Shown one piece after another: positions 1-12,900 of a stretch of 64,000 nucleotides of DNA; positions within the stretch are counted from its first letter, which is position 1, and each line of letters starts with the position of its first letter. Origin of the DNA: Phaeosaccion multiseriatum (lineage: Eukaryota > Protista > Ochrophyta, other classes); contig OZ218950.1 of assembly GCA_965112735.1 (NCBI GenBank), forward strand, positions 6,758,001-6,822,000. The letters are read 5' to 3'. Below the pieces are notes generated by a model, which did no database searches, was not told where the DNA came from, and worked only from the letters and a program-made list of their open reading frames with translations. Position numbers and translations under genes: made by a program.

Positions 1-146
1 GGGCCGGGGAGGAAGTCGCGGTGCCCGTTTGAGAACACCCCAGGGCAAAACGAGACAGAAAATAGAGGCGAGGCGGACGTGCTCCTCCCCCCCTGGGCCT
101 CCCGCTTGTTCGTCACGGTATGTCACTCAAGCATTCACTCAACTCA

Positions 147-1377
147 CCTGCGAGAGGAGGAGGAGCGCGAGGCCCTTGGTGGTGTTGGTGCCGTTGGCCA
201 GGCCCTCGTCCACCACAGTAGTCCACAGCTCCTCCAGCAGCTTCAGACGCTTCGTCCCCAGGCCGGGGGAGGAGGCAGCGGGGCGGGGCAGGGTAAGACC
301 CAAGTCCGCCCACAGCCGGGGCCAGGCGGCGTGCACCTTGGGGAAGCAGGAGGAGGAGGCCCGCAGGGGGGGGAGGAAGGCCGCGCACTTGCCGGCTCGG
401 GCCACGCGCTTGTGTCGGGCGCCTTTGGGGAGCAGTGCCAAGGCCTCCCCCACGGCGCCTTCGTCAGCGCCCTCCTCCTCTCCCTCTGCCGCCCCTGCTG
501 CCGCCTTGGAGCGAATGAGTTGGTGGATGCCGAGGAGCAGCAGGAGCTGGTCCGGTTGCAGCGCGTCAATGCTTAGCTTTGACTTGGCCTTGGCGGACTG
601 CTGCTCCTCCTCCTTCTCCTCCTGCCCCCCTTCTTCCTTGGAGGACGGATCGCCGGTCACGAGCGGCAGCAGCACGGGAAGGGCCCGCTCCTGGAAGACG
701 TCCAGACTGAGCGGTGCAGCGATCGCCAGAGCGGCTTCAGAGGCCACCTGCCTTAACCACCGGCGCTTTCCATAGAGAGCCACTACCGCCTCAAGCAGCC
801 GGAGAGCCCGCCCCGACACATCGTCCTCGCCCTCGCCCTCATCCCCAGCAGCGGCTCCGCTATCCAACCTTCCCGATCGTGCGATGGCCACGCACCCGAA
901 CATCCGCCCGAAGAAGAGGTCCCGTTCCTCATTTCCCTTGATGTTCCCCGTGCTCTCGGTCACCTTAAAGAGCTTTTCCTCGACCTGCGCGGTGGAGACT
1001 TGGCTGGTCGGGAGCAGCCGCAGCACTTGGCTCAAGCACGCTGCGAACCCCAACCGGGCGGAGTCGCGGGAGGAGCAGAGCCCCTTGACAAGCCTCTGTA
1101 CGGCGTACTGGCCATCTCCCGCCGCGGCTTCACTTCCTGACAAGTGGCGGACGACGGAGATGGCTGCGGCGTGGCGTGTGGCTCCATCGTTGCTCGCCAG
1201 GTCCCAAAAGGCCTGCATGAAGGCCGAGAAGGCAGCTGCATTCTCCCTCTTTGGAGCTTCTATTTTGTTGGTCGCTTTCTCCTCTTCGTCCTCCTCCTGC
1301 TGCTGCTGCGGCTGCTCCATCTCCTCCTCCTCTGAGGACGAAGACGCGTCCGAGCCGGACGTATCCATTGCTGCCAT
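147..1377 (-). CDS. MYBBP1A: MYB-binding protein 1A / Pol5 (DNA polymerase phi) family, first exon; gene continues off the left end of the window
   Basis: N-terminal motifs 'FWDLAS...RHAAA' and 'YAVQRLVKGLCSSRDSARLGFAACL', 'EERDLFFGRMFG', 'LYGKRRWLRQ' are typical of Pol5/MYBBP1A. Donor CAG|GTGAGT near 147 on the minus strand. Confidence 0.85.
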
Positions 1378-1639
1378 CGCCGTCCCTCACAGCCCTAATA
1401 TCGACGCGGTCCTGTCTCTCTTCTTCTCGCTGACCGCTGTTCCTTTTAAGGTTTCCACTGCCCTCAACGTCTGGCTTTCTCTGGCTGGAGATCGGCTGGA
1501 CCATTGAGCGTAAAAAAAAAATCTAAGAAACTGAAACTGAGGAATACCCCATCCATTGACTTATTGAATTCCAACTGCTTGCCATTGCAAAATCTTGCCC
1601 CCCATACGAAGCTCATCAGACGAGGCTACGAGGCCTTAC

Positions 1640-4600
1640 ATGGAGGAAGCCTCCCGATGGGCACCCGCTCTGGAGCTCGAGAAGACGAGCCGCGCGTCTC
1701 AGCATGCCATCGAGGCAGCCATTGCCGCCAAAGCCTCGGCACAGACCACGGCCGCGGCGGATGCTTCTGCTGCTGCCATCGCTGCTGCAGACGAGCACAC
1801 GGGCGGGGGGGGGGGACGAGGGCGATTTATCATCCAAGGTGGTTGGAGGGTGCCAACAGCACGCTCTCGCACTACCGAGATTGGAGAAACTTGGAGCAGG
1901 CCCTTACGGCGAGTCTAGAGGACGATGTACTGACGGCGCTGGGGAGGATGAGCAGCGACCACGAGATCGCCAAGCAGGCCATGGTAGCTGCCATTGGGGA
2001 AGAGCTGGCTGTGGGGGCGGGGGTGGCAACCAAGGTCGCGCCTGGGGGTCTCGCGCCATCTGCGACTATCCGCGAGGAGGGCGGCGGGAGTGGAGGGGGA
2101 GAGGAAGAGGATGAAGACGGCCAGGACGGGGGAGAGACCGACGAAAGTGGACACGGGGAGAAGACGAAACTTCGAGGGAAAAGCAGTAAGAAGAAGAGGG
2201 AGTCACACAAGGGCTCTCTGGCAATGCTCAGGGATTCGCCCGCGGGAACCATGTGAGTGCTGAGTGAGTGATGAGTGATGGAGAGAGAGCAAGTGTGAGT
2301 GATGGAGAGAGAGCAGGTGTGAGTGATGGAGAGAGAGAGAAGTGTGAGTGATGGAGATAGAGCAAGTGTGAGTGATGGAGAGAGAGAAGTGTGAGTGATG
2401 GAGAGAGAGAGCAAGTGTGAGTGATGGAGAGAGAGCAGGTGTGAGTGATGGAGAGAGAGAGCAAGTGTGAGTGATGGAGAGAGAGCAAGTGTGAGTGATG
2501 GAGAGAGAAGTGTGAGTGATGGAGAGAGAGAGCAAGTGTGAGTGATGGAGAGAGAGCAAGTGTGAGTGATGGAGAGAGCAAGTCTGGGTGACGGAGAGAG
2601 AGCAAGTGTGAGTGATGTAGAGAGAGCAAGTGTGGGTGATGGAGAGAGAGCAAGTGTGAGTGATGGAGAGAGAAGTATGGGTGATGGAGAGAGAAGTATG
2701 GGTGATGGAGAGAGAGCAAGTGTGAGTGATGTAGAGAGAGCAAGTGTGGGTGATGGAGAGAGAGCAAGTGTGAGTGATGGAGAGAGAGCAAGTCTGAGTG
2801 ATGGAGAGAGAAGTGTGAGTGATGGAGAGAGAGCAAGCGTGGGTGACGGAGAGAGAGAGCAAGTGTGAGTGATGGGTGGGTGATGGAGTTAGAAAGAGCA
2901 CGTGAGTAGTGAGTATAGTGAAACAGGAGGCCAACCCCTGATGTACGGAAGTCTGACGAATGAATGATGTCTTTCAAGCACACTCATCAAGCCTCCCCCC
3001 TCTCATCCTCCTCCTCCCTCCCCCCCATACTCCTCACTCAGCCTGAGCCGCCCCTTCTTACTCGCGGAGCCCTACATAGGACGAAACGAGAGAACCCTCC
3101 TCATTCAGCAGTGCCTGCGGTCCCTCGCTAGCACCGTGGACGACCGAGCCCGGTCCAGCAACCTCCTGCAGCAAGGTGCCTACGTAGACTACGCTGCACA
3201 TGTCAAGGCGATGTACGTCGAGACGATCGAGCGAGACACACAGAGGCGGCGTCACAACCTTCCCTCAATCCCTCCCTTCCCCCTCCCGTCGACTCCTTCT
3301 CCTACGGCCTCGACCGTACCGCACAATGGAGTGTCACCGTCGGTGCCAGAGTCTTCCGCTGCTGCAGCTGCTGCTGGTGGTCCAGCAGAACAACAAGGGG
3401 AGGGGGAAGGGTCCAACCCACACCTCCCCCCGCCTCCTTCTTCTGAGCCCCCTCTCTTCCCCTCCACTGCCTCCCAAAGGCCCCTAGAGGACGTCAAGCC
3501 CATCAAGCCTGACGGTGAAGGGCAGAGCAGCAAGAACCGGGGGGCCGAGAGGCGGCAGGCGGCAAGGGAGAAGAAGTGGGCGGACATGTGGGAGGAAGAG
3601 CTTAGCGATAAGCTCTTCACCACTGCAGATGCCCACAACCGCACGCACGTGAGCAGCAGCGGGACAACGAGTCAGGCTATCATCGCTCTGGCCTCGCTAC
3701 GGGGCTTCGACTTTACACTGGACGTAGCCGAAGAGCCCTCCTGTCGGCAAAAGTTTGCTCCCTCTGTCGGGGTCGTGCCTTACATCTCTACCCTGCCGGG
3801 AGGAGGGGGCGGCGTCGGAGCCCAGGAGGAGCGCGATCTCCGCCGACTTGAGCTCAATGACTCTGAGCACAAGGTCATGGCTTGGTTTCCGAGGCGGCTG
3901 ATTGGAAGGCAGCTGCCGCACGAGCTGCGGAGGAGACTGTGGATACGGTGGCTGCTGGATCCGTCGCAGAGGCATCGACGTGGATGGCGTACGGATGCTG
4001 AGCAAGGAGGAGGAGGAGGAGGAGGAGGAGGAGGAGGAGGAGGAGGAGGAGGAGGAGGAGGAGGAGGAGGAGGAGGAGGAGGAGGAGGAGGAGGAGGAGG
4101 AGGAGGAGGAGGAGGAGGAGGAGGAGGAGGAGGAGGAGGAGGAGGAGGAGGAGGAGGAGGAGGAGGAGGAGGAGGAGGAGGAGGAGGAGGAGGAGGAGGA
4201 GGAGGAGGAGGAGGAGGAGGAGGAGGAGGAGGAGGAGGAGGAGGAGGAGGAGGAGGAGGAGGAGGAGGAGGAGGAGGAGAAGAAGCGGCTGGTGCAGAAG
4301 GAGAGGATGAAGCTCCTAACGACACCAAAGAAGATGATCATCTTGATGCTCATGACATCGACGACTTTCCGGATGACGATGGTGATTACGCCGACTGGGG
4401 AGACGAGGAGGGCCCTGGTTCTAAGCGTGTCAGTGGCAGATTGCTGGACAGGCACGACCCTCTGGTCATGAGGAAGGCAGGACGAGGAGGAGGGTTCGGA
4501 GGAGTTGATGACGAAGACGAAAACAGCAACCCAGGAGGCCCAAGAGAGGATCGGAGCACCCTCCGCGCCAAGCGTTACGTGATGAATGTGGCCATGAATG

Positions 4601-5134
4601 TGCATCGCTTGGCCGTGGGGCGGAAACTCAATCTCGCCGAGGCACCCATCCGAGGCTTGGCAGACACTTTGGTCAACAACAAGGCCATGTTGGCGTTTCC
4701 TTGGCTACGGTTACAGCACAGGGTGGAAGCGATGGGGGAGGACGAGAGGAGGGAGAGGCAGCAGAGTTCCCACGCCTTGGGTGGTGGTGGTGCTGCTGGT
4801 GTTGCTGCTGCTGTTGCGCTTTCTGAGGGTGCTTCTTCGGCGAAGAGTGTTGCTTTCGAAGAGGGAGAGGGGAAGGAGGAGGAGAGGGGGAAGAGTGGAG
4901 CTGCGACCGCAAAAGAGGTCGGTGATACGGACAAGAAGGAGAGGAAGAGAGCGAAGAAGGAGGCCAAAAAGAGGAGGAAGGAAGAAGAAGAGAGGGCGAA
5001 CAAGGACAAGGGAAAGGAAGGGGAGAAGCAGCAGGAGACTGACAAGGAGAAGGAAGAGGAGGAGGATGGAGGGAAGGAAGAGAAGAAGAGGAAGAAGAAG
5101 GAGAAGAAGGAGAAGAAGAAAGACAGGGAGAAGA

Positions 5135-5170
<36 letters not shown>

Positions 5171-8100
5171 CCGCAGACGCAGAGGAGAAGAAGGACGGCG
5201 ATGAGCTGCTGCCCCCCCCGGCCTCATCCCCCGACACGGAGAGGCGGCAGCAGAGGTGGCAGGATCCCCAAGACACGTTGCTGGACACGGCAAGGGCCGA
5301 CATTTTGAAGGCGAGGCGGAGGCAGCAGGACCGGGCCCGTGAGTATGCCTTTTGCCGCCTTCGCCATGTGGCGGCTGCGGCTGTGAATGAGCACTACGTC
5401 TACGGAGGTGTGTTGCTGTCCTCCCACGCCCCCATCGCACTTGTGTTGACTTATGTCATGGGGGGGAGGAGTAATGCAGAGCTCGCCCTCGCCTCCCTCG
5501 CCGCCTCCGGGGATGAAGATGAAGATGGAGACCCAGGTACGTATGTGCGTTTGTGTGTGTGTGGGTGCATGTCTGTGTGTGTGCGTGTGTGTGCATGTGT
5601 GTGTGCGTGTGTGCGTGTTTGTGCATGTGTGCGCATGTGCGCATGTGCGCATGTCCTGTGTGGGTGCGTGTGTGTGCGTGCGTGCGTGCATGCGTGTGTG
5701 TACATGTGTGAATGCGTGTGTGTGTGCGTGTGTGTGTATGTGTGTGTGCGCGCGTGTGTGTGCGTGCGTGCCCCCCCCCCCTGGGTCCTGGTGCATGGCG
5801 AGTTGAGGGATAGGATGATGAAAGCAACTTACCAAATGTTGTGTGGGCATGCGGAGCGGCCTTGAAGGGAGCAAGAGAGTATTTGCCAGTTGAGAGCAGG
5901 GACGTGTGGAGAGAAACACTCGTGATGCGTGTTCAGCTAAGCACTGGTCTCCTCCCCGCCCGCCCCCCCTCCTCGGCATCAATCGTCACCCACCCCAATG
6001 TCCTCAGACTTCACTTCTCAACTGGCCATTGAAGGCAAGCAGGATCCTCGTGGTCCCTTCTGGTCCCTCAGCACGAGTGCGATCGTTGCAATGATGGAAA
6101 CCATCACCGCTCACCACATGCCCCCCCCGTCCCTCACGGCCTCGAGAGCTTACGACATTCTGGGCGAGCGCGACCCGGACCTGTGCGCACATCTCTTTCG
6201 ACTCTTTCCCACGACCAGCTCTGCGCTGGAGTGGAGGAAGAAGCAGGCGGAGGAGGTAAGCAGCAGCGGCGGTGGGGTCTTCTCCTCGAGTACCGCAGCA
6301 GCAGGAGGAGCAGCAGGAGAAGTGGGAGGGCGAGAGCAGGGCGAGCGGTCAGAGAGCGGAGTGGGGGAGGCGACCTTTGTCAAAGACGTTCCCACTCAGA
6401 GGAACAGCTCGGGCATTGTGTCAGCAGGTACCAACACTCGGTCGGCAAAGGATGACATCATCCTCATTTGGGCAGAAGATGGTGAGTAGCGTGAGTAGCG
6501 TGAATGGGGTGAGTGAGGGAGTGGAGTAGGTGAGTGAGTGAGTGAGTAAGTGAGTGAGTGAGTGGGTGAGTGAGTGAGTGAGTGAGTGAGTGAGTGGGTG
6601 AGTGAGTGAGTGAGTGAGTGAGTGAGTGAGTGAGTGAGTGAGTGGGGTGAGTGGGATGTGTGTGGGGTGCGTGGGTTGTTTGAGTGTGAGTTGGACGGGA
6701 TGATGGAGGAGAGCTCGAAGAGAGCGGAGAGGGACGGGCGCTCCTCGACACACCACAGAGCGCACCTTACCCCTATCCCTGAATCGAGGCCACATGCAGT
6801 CAGTACCGCACTGACCCTAAGGCTTTTGCCCCACTACTTTCGCTTCCTGTGGCCTTTCTGCGAGCGGCTCAAGGGGGCTTCACTTGCGCACTCAGTGCCT
6901 CCCACCAAGCATCTCCCTCGCCTTAACGCTCTCCCTCCCTCCCTCCCTCCCTCCCTCCCTCCCTCCCTCCCTCCCTCCCTCCCTCCCTCCCTCCCTCCCT
7001 CCCTCCCTCCCTCCCTCCCTCCCTCCCTCCCTCCCTCCCTCCCTCCCTCCCTCCCTCCCTCCCTCCCTCCCTCCCTCCCTCCCTCCCTCCCTCCCTCCCT
7101 CCCTCCCTCCCTCCCTCCCTCCCTCCCTCCCTCCCTCCCTCCCTCCCTCCCCCGCTCTCTCCCCCCCTCCCTCCCTCCCTCCCTCCCTCCCTCCCCTCCC
7201 CTCTCCTCCAAAAAGCTCTCGTCGGGTGGCTGCGAGAAGACGCCCTCCTGCTGGTGTGGGACACTTTATTCATTGCTGAGGGAGGTTGGGCCACCGAGAT
7301 GCCCATTTTTATCGCCGATATCGCCATAATGCTCCGAGAGCCCATTCTCTCGTACCTCAAGGCCGAGACTTTGTATGCAGATGTAGGCCGACTATCACGC
7401 AGCCTCTACACCAAGGATATACGCGATCGATTGCGACGTCGTGTGGCGAAGGCGGGCTTGGCTGTGTTTGAGGCGGCGGGAGGGGAGGAGGGGCTGAAGC
7501 TCCGGAGAGGGGAGGAGGAAGAACGGCGGAGGGAAAGAGAGCAAAGGGAGAGGGAAAAGGCGGAGAGTAGGAGACGCAGGGCGGAGGAGGAGAGGCAAGC
7601 AGACGCAGCAGCGGCAGCGGCACTGGCTGCGGCAAGGGAGAGAGGGGAATTCTTTACGGGAGAGGAGGAGGAGGAAGAGGAGGAGGGATGGGTTCCAGAT
7701 GAAGGGGAAGAGGAAGGAAAGGGGGAGGAGGAGGAGGAGGAGGAGGAGGAGGAGGAGGAGGATGAGGAGGAACAGGAGGAGGAGGAGGACGAGGAGGAAC
7801 AGGAGGAGGAGGAGGAGGAGGAGGGGGGGGAGGAAGAGCAGGAGGAGGAGGAGGAGGAAGAGGAAGATGAGATGAGGAGTGAGAGAAGGAGGAGGAAGGA
7901 GAGAAAGAAGAGGAAGAAGGAGAAGAAGGAGAGGAAGAAAAAGAGGGAGAGAGAGGAAGAGAGTGAGCACAGCACAGGAGTGTCTGACCAGGAGGAGGAG
8001 GAGGAGGAGGAGGAGGAGGAAGATCCGTCCTCATCGGAGAGGAGTATTGCGAAAAGGAACAAGAAGGCAAAGAAAAGGGAGAGAAAAAGAAAGAAGAGAG

Positions 8101-8594
8101 ACAGGGACCTCAGGTCAGCAAAGTCTGAAGACCAAGAGGAGGAGGAGGAGGAGGAGGAAGAAGAAGAGGAGGAGGGAGAGGAGCACGAGGGGGAGGCGGA
8201 GGAGGAGGAGGAGGAGGAGGAGGAGGAGGAGGAGGAGGAGGAAGAGGAGGATGACGAGGAGGGAGACGAGGATGACAACAACAACGACGACGACGAGGAG
8301 GAGGAGGGGGGGGGGGAAGAGGACTATGAGGAGGAGGAGGGAGAGGAGGATGACGATGACGAGGAGGACGATGAGGAGGGAGAGGAGGAGGAGGAGGAGG
8401 AGGAGGAGGAGGGAGAGGAGGGAGAGGAGGACGAGGAGGATGGCAAGGAGGATGATGACGACGACGACGACGAAGAGGAAGAGGAGGAGGAGGAGGAGGA
8501 GGATGGAGAGGGAGATTTGTCCTCATCGGAGGTGAGCAAGGAAGAGAAGAGCAAGAAGGCGAAGAAGACGGAGAGAGAACCGCGATCAGCATAA
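1640..8594 (+). CDS. Large low-complexity protein with a divergent Rab-GAP/TBC-like domain; exons approx. 1640-2252, 3042-5536, 6008-6481, 7216-8594
   Basis: Phase-compatible GT-AG junctions join '[10 protein letters not shown]', '[10 protein letters not shown]' and '[24 protein letters not shown]' (TBC C-terminal helices). Exon 1 appears to need a frameshift at the G-run 1801-1816. Long acidic/Lys-rich tail. Confidence 0.55.
2270..2875. repeat. Intronic minisatellite, ~24-26 bp unit (GTGTGAGTGATGGAGAGAGAGCAA), ~25 copies
   Basis: Tandem array visible directly after the donor at 2253. Confidence 0.95.
4006..4278. repeat. (GGA)91 coding microsatellite (poly-Gly)
   Basis: Uninterrupted triplet run inside ORF 3136..5865. 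Confidence 0.95.
6931..7200. repeat. (CCCT)n intronic tract just before an acceptor
   Basis: Visible directly; acceptor AAG at 7215. Confidence 0.95.
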
Positions 8595-8907
8595 TCGGAA
8601 GGCCAAGAGGAGGAGGACGATGGCGACGATGACCTCGAGGAGGAGGAGGAGGAGGAGGAGGAGGAGGAGGAGGAGGAGGAGGAGGAGGAGGAGGAGGAGG
8701 AGGAGGAGGAGGAGGAGGAGGAGGAGGAGAAAGGAGGACAAGAAACTTAAGAAGCACGAGGAGGACAAGAAGGACAAGAAATATGGGAAACATTGGGGAG
8801 GCGAATGGCTGACGGTTGTGAATTTACTTTGCCCTCGGCCGACCAAGCTCAGACGCACGCACACGACCGCTGCCCGATAGGCGGCCTTCCGAACATCTTG
8901 ACGCTGC

Positions 8908-8985
8908 AGCTAAGCCTAGCTGAGGTTGGAGTGTTCTAAGCTAAGCCTAGCTGGGGTTGGAGTGTTGTGAGCTAAGCCTAGCTGC
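8908..8985. repeat. 31-bp-period tandem repeat (2.5 copies) with hairpin core AGCTA-AGCC-TAGCT
   Basis: AGCTAAGCCTAGCTG starts at 8908, 8939 and 8970. Confidence 0.85.
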
Positions 8986-9922
8986 GAACGCGCAGTCAAA
9001 GCTCTTGGAGCGCTTTGATTTGCACCTTGCCTTGGGGCTCGCTGCGAGACACACACACACCTGTTCAAGTAAGAGTCGAAACAAGGCGAGGTGTGCTGAC
9101 GGTGTACCCTTCCGAGGGCCTCACCAGCAGCAGTTTGCACCCTAAGGTGCCATCTATGTCTTGGCTGCGGCCACGAGGGCGCGCGGCAAGGTCCCTCAAT
9201 GCGCCCATCCAGCTCCATCCAGTACCATCTAGTACCATGCAGCACTATCCAGCACCCAACTGTTGCAATGGCCCCCGGCCAGCATGACATCTTCGACGAT
9301 CGATGGACGAAGCTGCCCAACGGATAGTGGCTGCACCGTCTGCGCATGTGCCAGAGGATAGGAGAGAAGAGGAGAGGAGCGGCCAAGCTGGCTGTCATTA
9401 CTTCGATCGAGCATCAGCAGAGAGTGTGAAGAGAGTTTATCGTTTATCGTGGGCGTCTCAGGGATGCTCGCTTGCCAACCCCCTCGAAGGAAAGTACTTG
9501 GAGCAGAAGCAATCACAGGGTTGAAGGATAAAGTTCCAGGGAGGAGAGCTGAGTTTCAGGTTCAGTTTCAGTTGATCAGACTCCAACCAACTAGTCCCTG
9601 CCATTAGGCAGTAGAGGACAGGCGAAAGGCTCATAGGGGGAAAAAAGGTGAAATTTCAACTTCCATCCTCCAGCCAAGTTGGTAAGTTGGTGGTACAGTA
9701 CAGGCGGAACTGAAACTGAAACTGGCTGGGTTAAAACCCTTCCCCTCCCCCTTCTTTTCCTGCCTACGACGCTGCACCCATCACGGATCTTTCGCTGGAC
9801 CTCGTCGCCCACTCAAGTGGTGCATACCAAGGGATCTGGAACCTTCAAAAGGGTGGAAAGAGGCACGCAGGCTTGGGGAAGGAAAGCCAATTATAGGGGG
9901 GGGACAGCAGACAACAGGCAAG

Positions 9923-12900
9923 ATGTCAACGTCCGCCATCTCTGGTGTGAGCCTGGACGGCTGCTTCTCCCTGAGAGTGCCTTGCGAGTGCCTCAGCCAA
10001 ATCTTTCGCAAGACGCAGAAGCGAGTGAACAAGGAGCTAACATTGGCCACCAAGACGGTTGAGGCGCTGCCGGATCGATTTTCAGAAGCAGCGGCAGCGA
10101 GAGGGCACAGTGTTCCCGTCTCCTCCACGCACTCGAGCGTGACCACCTCTTCGGAGACTTCCTCCTCCTCGGCTTCGACGTTGTCGGTCGCGTCAGGAGC
10201 AGCAACAGCGTCTCAACGTGGGGAGAACGAAGGAGTGGTACCTCCGCCGCCCGGAGGAGCAGCAGTGAAGGAGCCGAGTCCTATTCAGCAAAGCCGGCGC
10301 GAGATTGAAGAGCTCATGATTTCACTGCGGCGGCTTCGGGAGGCGGTGGTGGAGGCGGACGAGGAGGAGAGGAGGAACCTGCATCGCTTCAGCACCAGGC
10401 TGGCCTCTTTGAAGGATGAGACGCAAGCCGCGTGTGCTGCAGCAGAGGACACCTCATGTCCTGGCGTCACCTCTGCCTCTGCCCCGGCTGCCAAAAGGAG
10501 CTTAAAGTTGAGGGACTTTCCTCAGTTGGAAGAAGCCATGGAGGTGGAAGAAGAGGCCGAGGAGAACGACGAAGACGACGACGGCAACCTACCGCGACAG
10601 CAGCAGCAGCAGCAGCAGCGGCAGCGGCAGCAAGGGAGAGCTACCACTACACTAGGCGGGTTCGCTCACCGGGGTCGCAGCTTCAGCGGTGGGGGCTATT
10701 ACAGCAACGGAGTGGGAAGGTACCGCGGCAGGACAAGCACTGGCTTTGCCAACGGTGCAGGATTCGCAAGAAGCGGGAGCTGGACAGGTGTCGGCAGCAG
10801 CACCAGCAGTAGCACCACCACCAGCAGCAACAGCAACAGCAACAGCAACGGCGCTGCAAGCGGGAGTAGAAAGAGAAAGAGCATGAGCTCCAGGTGGAAG
10901 GGGTCTCTGTCGCGGCTGAGAGGGTAAGGCGCGAGAGGATGTATGGCGGTTTCAATCACTCACTCACTCACACTCTCACTCTCTCTCTCACTCTCACTCA
11001 CTTTCTCACCCTCTCACCCTGGGAGGGGGTATGAGGAAAAGGGGGCAAAAGTGATGGTCGAGGAGAAGCCGAAAACTCGATATAGCGGAGTAGTGAGAAG
11101 GAAAGTCGTAGGGCCTGTTCTCACGGCACTCATCCTCACGCTCTGCCCCCCCCCTTCCCACTGCGCCTCCCTCCACCCTCGTCGCTGTTCTTGCAGTGAG
11201 CGTGCGCCCCCTCCCTCCCCGAATTGGATCCAGCGCCGACTTGACGTGTGGATGGGCCACTATTTGCTCAGGTAAGTACGTAAGTAAATACGTAGTCGAA
11301 GCCGCTGTGCCCACTACTGCTTGCCTTGTCTGTCCTTGTGTGTCCGCTGTGCTCACTACTGCTGGCTTCGTCTCTCCTTGTCTGACCGTTTGTGCTCACT
11401 ACTGCTTGCCTTTCTGTCCTCCTCTGTCCGTTGTGTTCGTTGCTGGCAGGCGGAGCGCCGCTCGAGGAGGAGGGCAAGCGTTCATCGACACTGCCAAGAA
11501 GCTCACCGAGGAGGCGGGCCTCCAGGACATGCTGGACATCGAAGTGTTTGAGAGGTCCGTAGGCTCTCTCTCTCTCTCTCCCTCTCTCTCTCTCTGTGTG
11601 TGTGTCTCTCCCTCGCTGTCTCTCTCTCCCTCGCTGTCTCTCTCTCCCTCGCTGGCTCTAGCTCTCTCTCTGTCCGCGTGCGTCTCTCCGTCTCTACTTC
11701 TCGCTTGTGGTGGTAACCTCCCCCCCGGGGCCCTCCTGGTAGTCTGCCCCTGCCGGTAGCAGCTCTGTATGTTTCTGCATCCATGCGTCTGCCTTCTTCC
11801 TTCTTACCTCGCTCCCTCACCCCACAAGCAATCCCGCGACGCCCCCCCCCTTCCCCCTGCCCCCTTCCCTTCCTCTTCCCCCTCCCCTCCCTACCACGCT
11901 GTACAGGGCGCTGGGTATCGAGCAGGCACTGCTACACTGCGACTGCGGACCTGCCCTGGAATGGTGCTCAGACAACGGCTCCAAGCTACGCCGCCTCGAC
12001 AGCAGCAACAGCAACGAGGGCGGGGGTAGCGCGGCTGTTGGAGCCACGGCGGGGGGGGGAGGAGCTGCGGGAGGGAGTCTGGAGCTCAAGTTGCGCAAGA
12101 GAGTCTTTTTAGAGCTCGTGAGGGACAAGCGGAAGGTGCGTGTCACTGTCACGTTCTGTTGCTTTGCGTTGCCATCTGTGTCGGCTATTGGGTATTGGCC
12201 AATTGGGTACCACCGTACACCCAATTGGGGTACCACCGTACACCACACCCCGCACAACCCCCCTGTGCCCCTTCCTTCTCCCTCCGAATCCCCCAACTGC
12301 TTCGACTGCCCCCTCACATTCCCGTGTGTTGCCCATACGTTGCCCACCCCTTTCCTTCATGCCCCCCTCCCTCTCTGCAGGAGGAAGCCATGCGCTACGC
12401 ACAAGAGTACCTCTCCCCTCATGCCGCGGCGCATCCGTTGGAGGTGCAGCAGGCCATGGCCACCCTCGTCTTCGCCGACCCCGAGCTGTGCTCCTTGCCA
12501 GACTATAGAGCGCTCTTCGCGGAGGAGAGGTGGGCCGAGTTGGCCGGCTGCTTTAGGGTAGAACAAGAGCGGGTGAGTGAAGTCAGTGAGAGGAGAGTAG
12601 AAGCAGGGGAGTGTGAGGATGGGGGAAACGGGTAGGGAGGAGGGAGGGGGGGGGGAGATGCGAGACTTTGGCCCACGCTGTCTTGCATGTTCGGCCTTTC
12701 CTCCGTCCCCCTCCTGGCAGCTCCCATGTCCCACCTGGTTTCGCCCCCCTTCTTCTCTCCGCTTTCTTCTCTTTCTCTCGCTCACTTACTCTCCTAACCC
12801 CTCGTCCTCCTCCTCCTCCTCCTCCTCCTCCTCCTCCTCCTCCTCCTCCTCCCATGTCCCCCCCCCCCCCTTGCTCTGCTGCCGCAGGTGCTGGGTCTGC

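Noticed and set aside
2203-2983. Many long low-complexity ORFs in the track ([20 protein letters not shown] types)
   Set aside because: They are translations of intronic satellites or antisense frames of real genes.
8592-8594. Genome-wide stop-codon reassignment
   Set aside because: TAA, TAG and TGA each end conserved genes at expected positions (MAEA, peptidase, SPT16), and conserved exons contain no internal stops.
8908-8985. Palindromic repeats as a mini-CRISPR or telomeric repeat
   Set aside because: The intervening 16-mers are near-identical and too short to be spacers; this is not a telomeric array.
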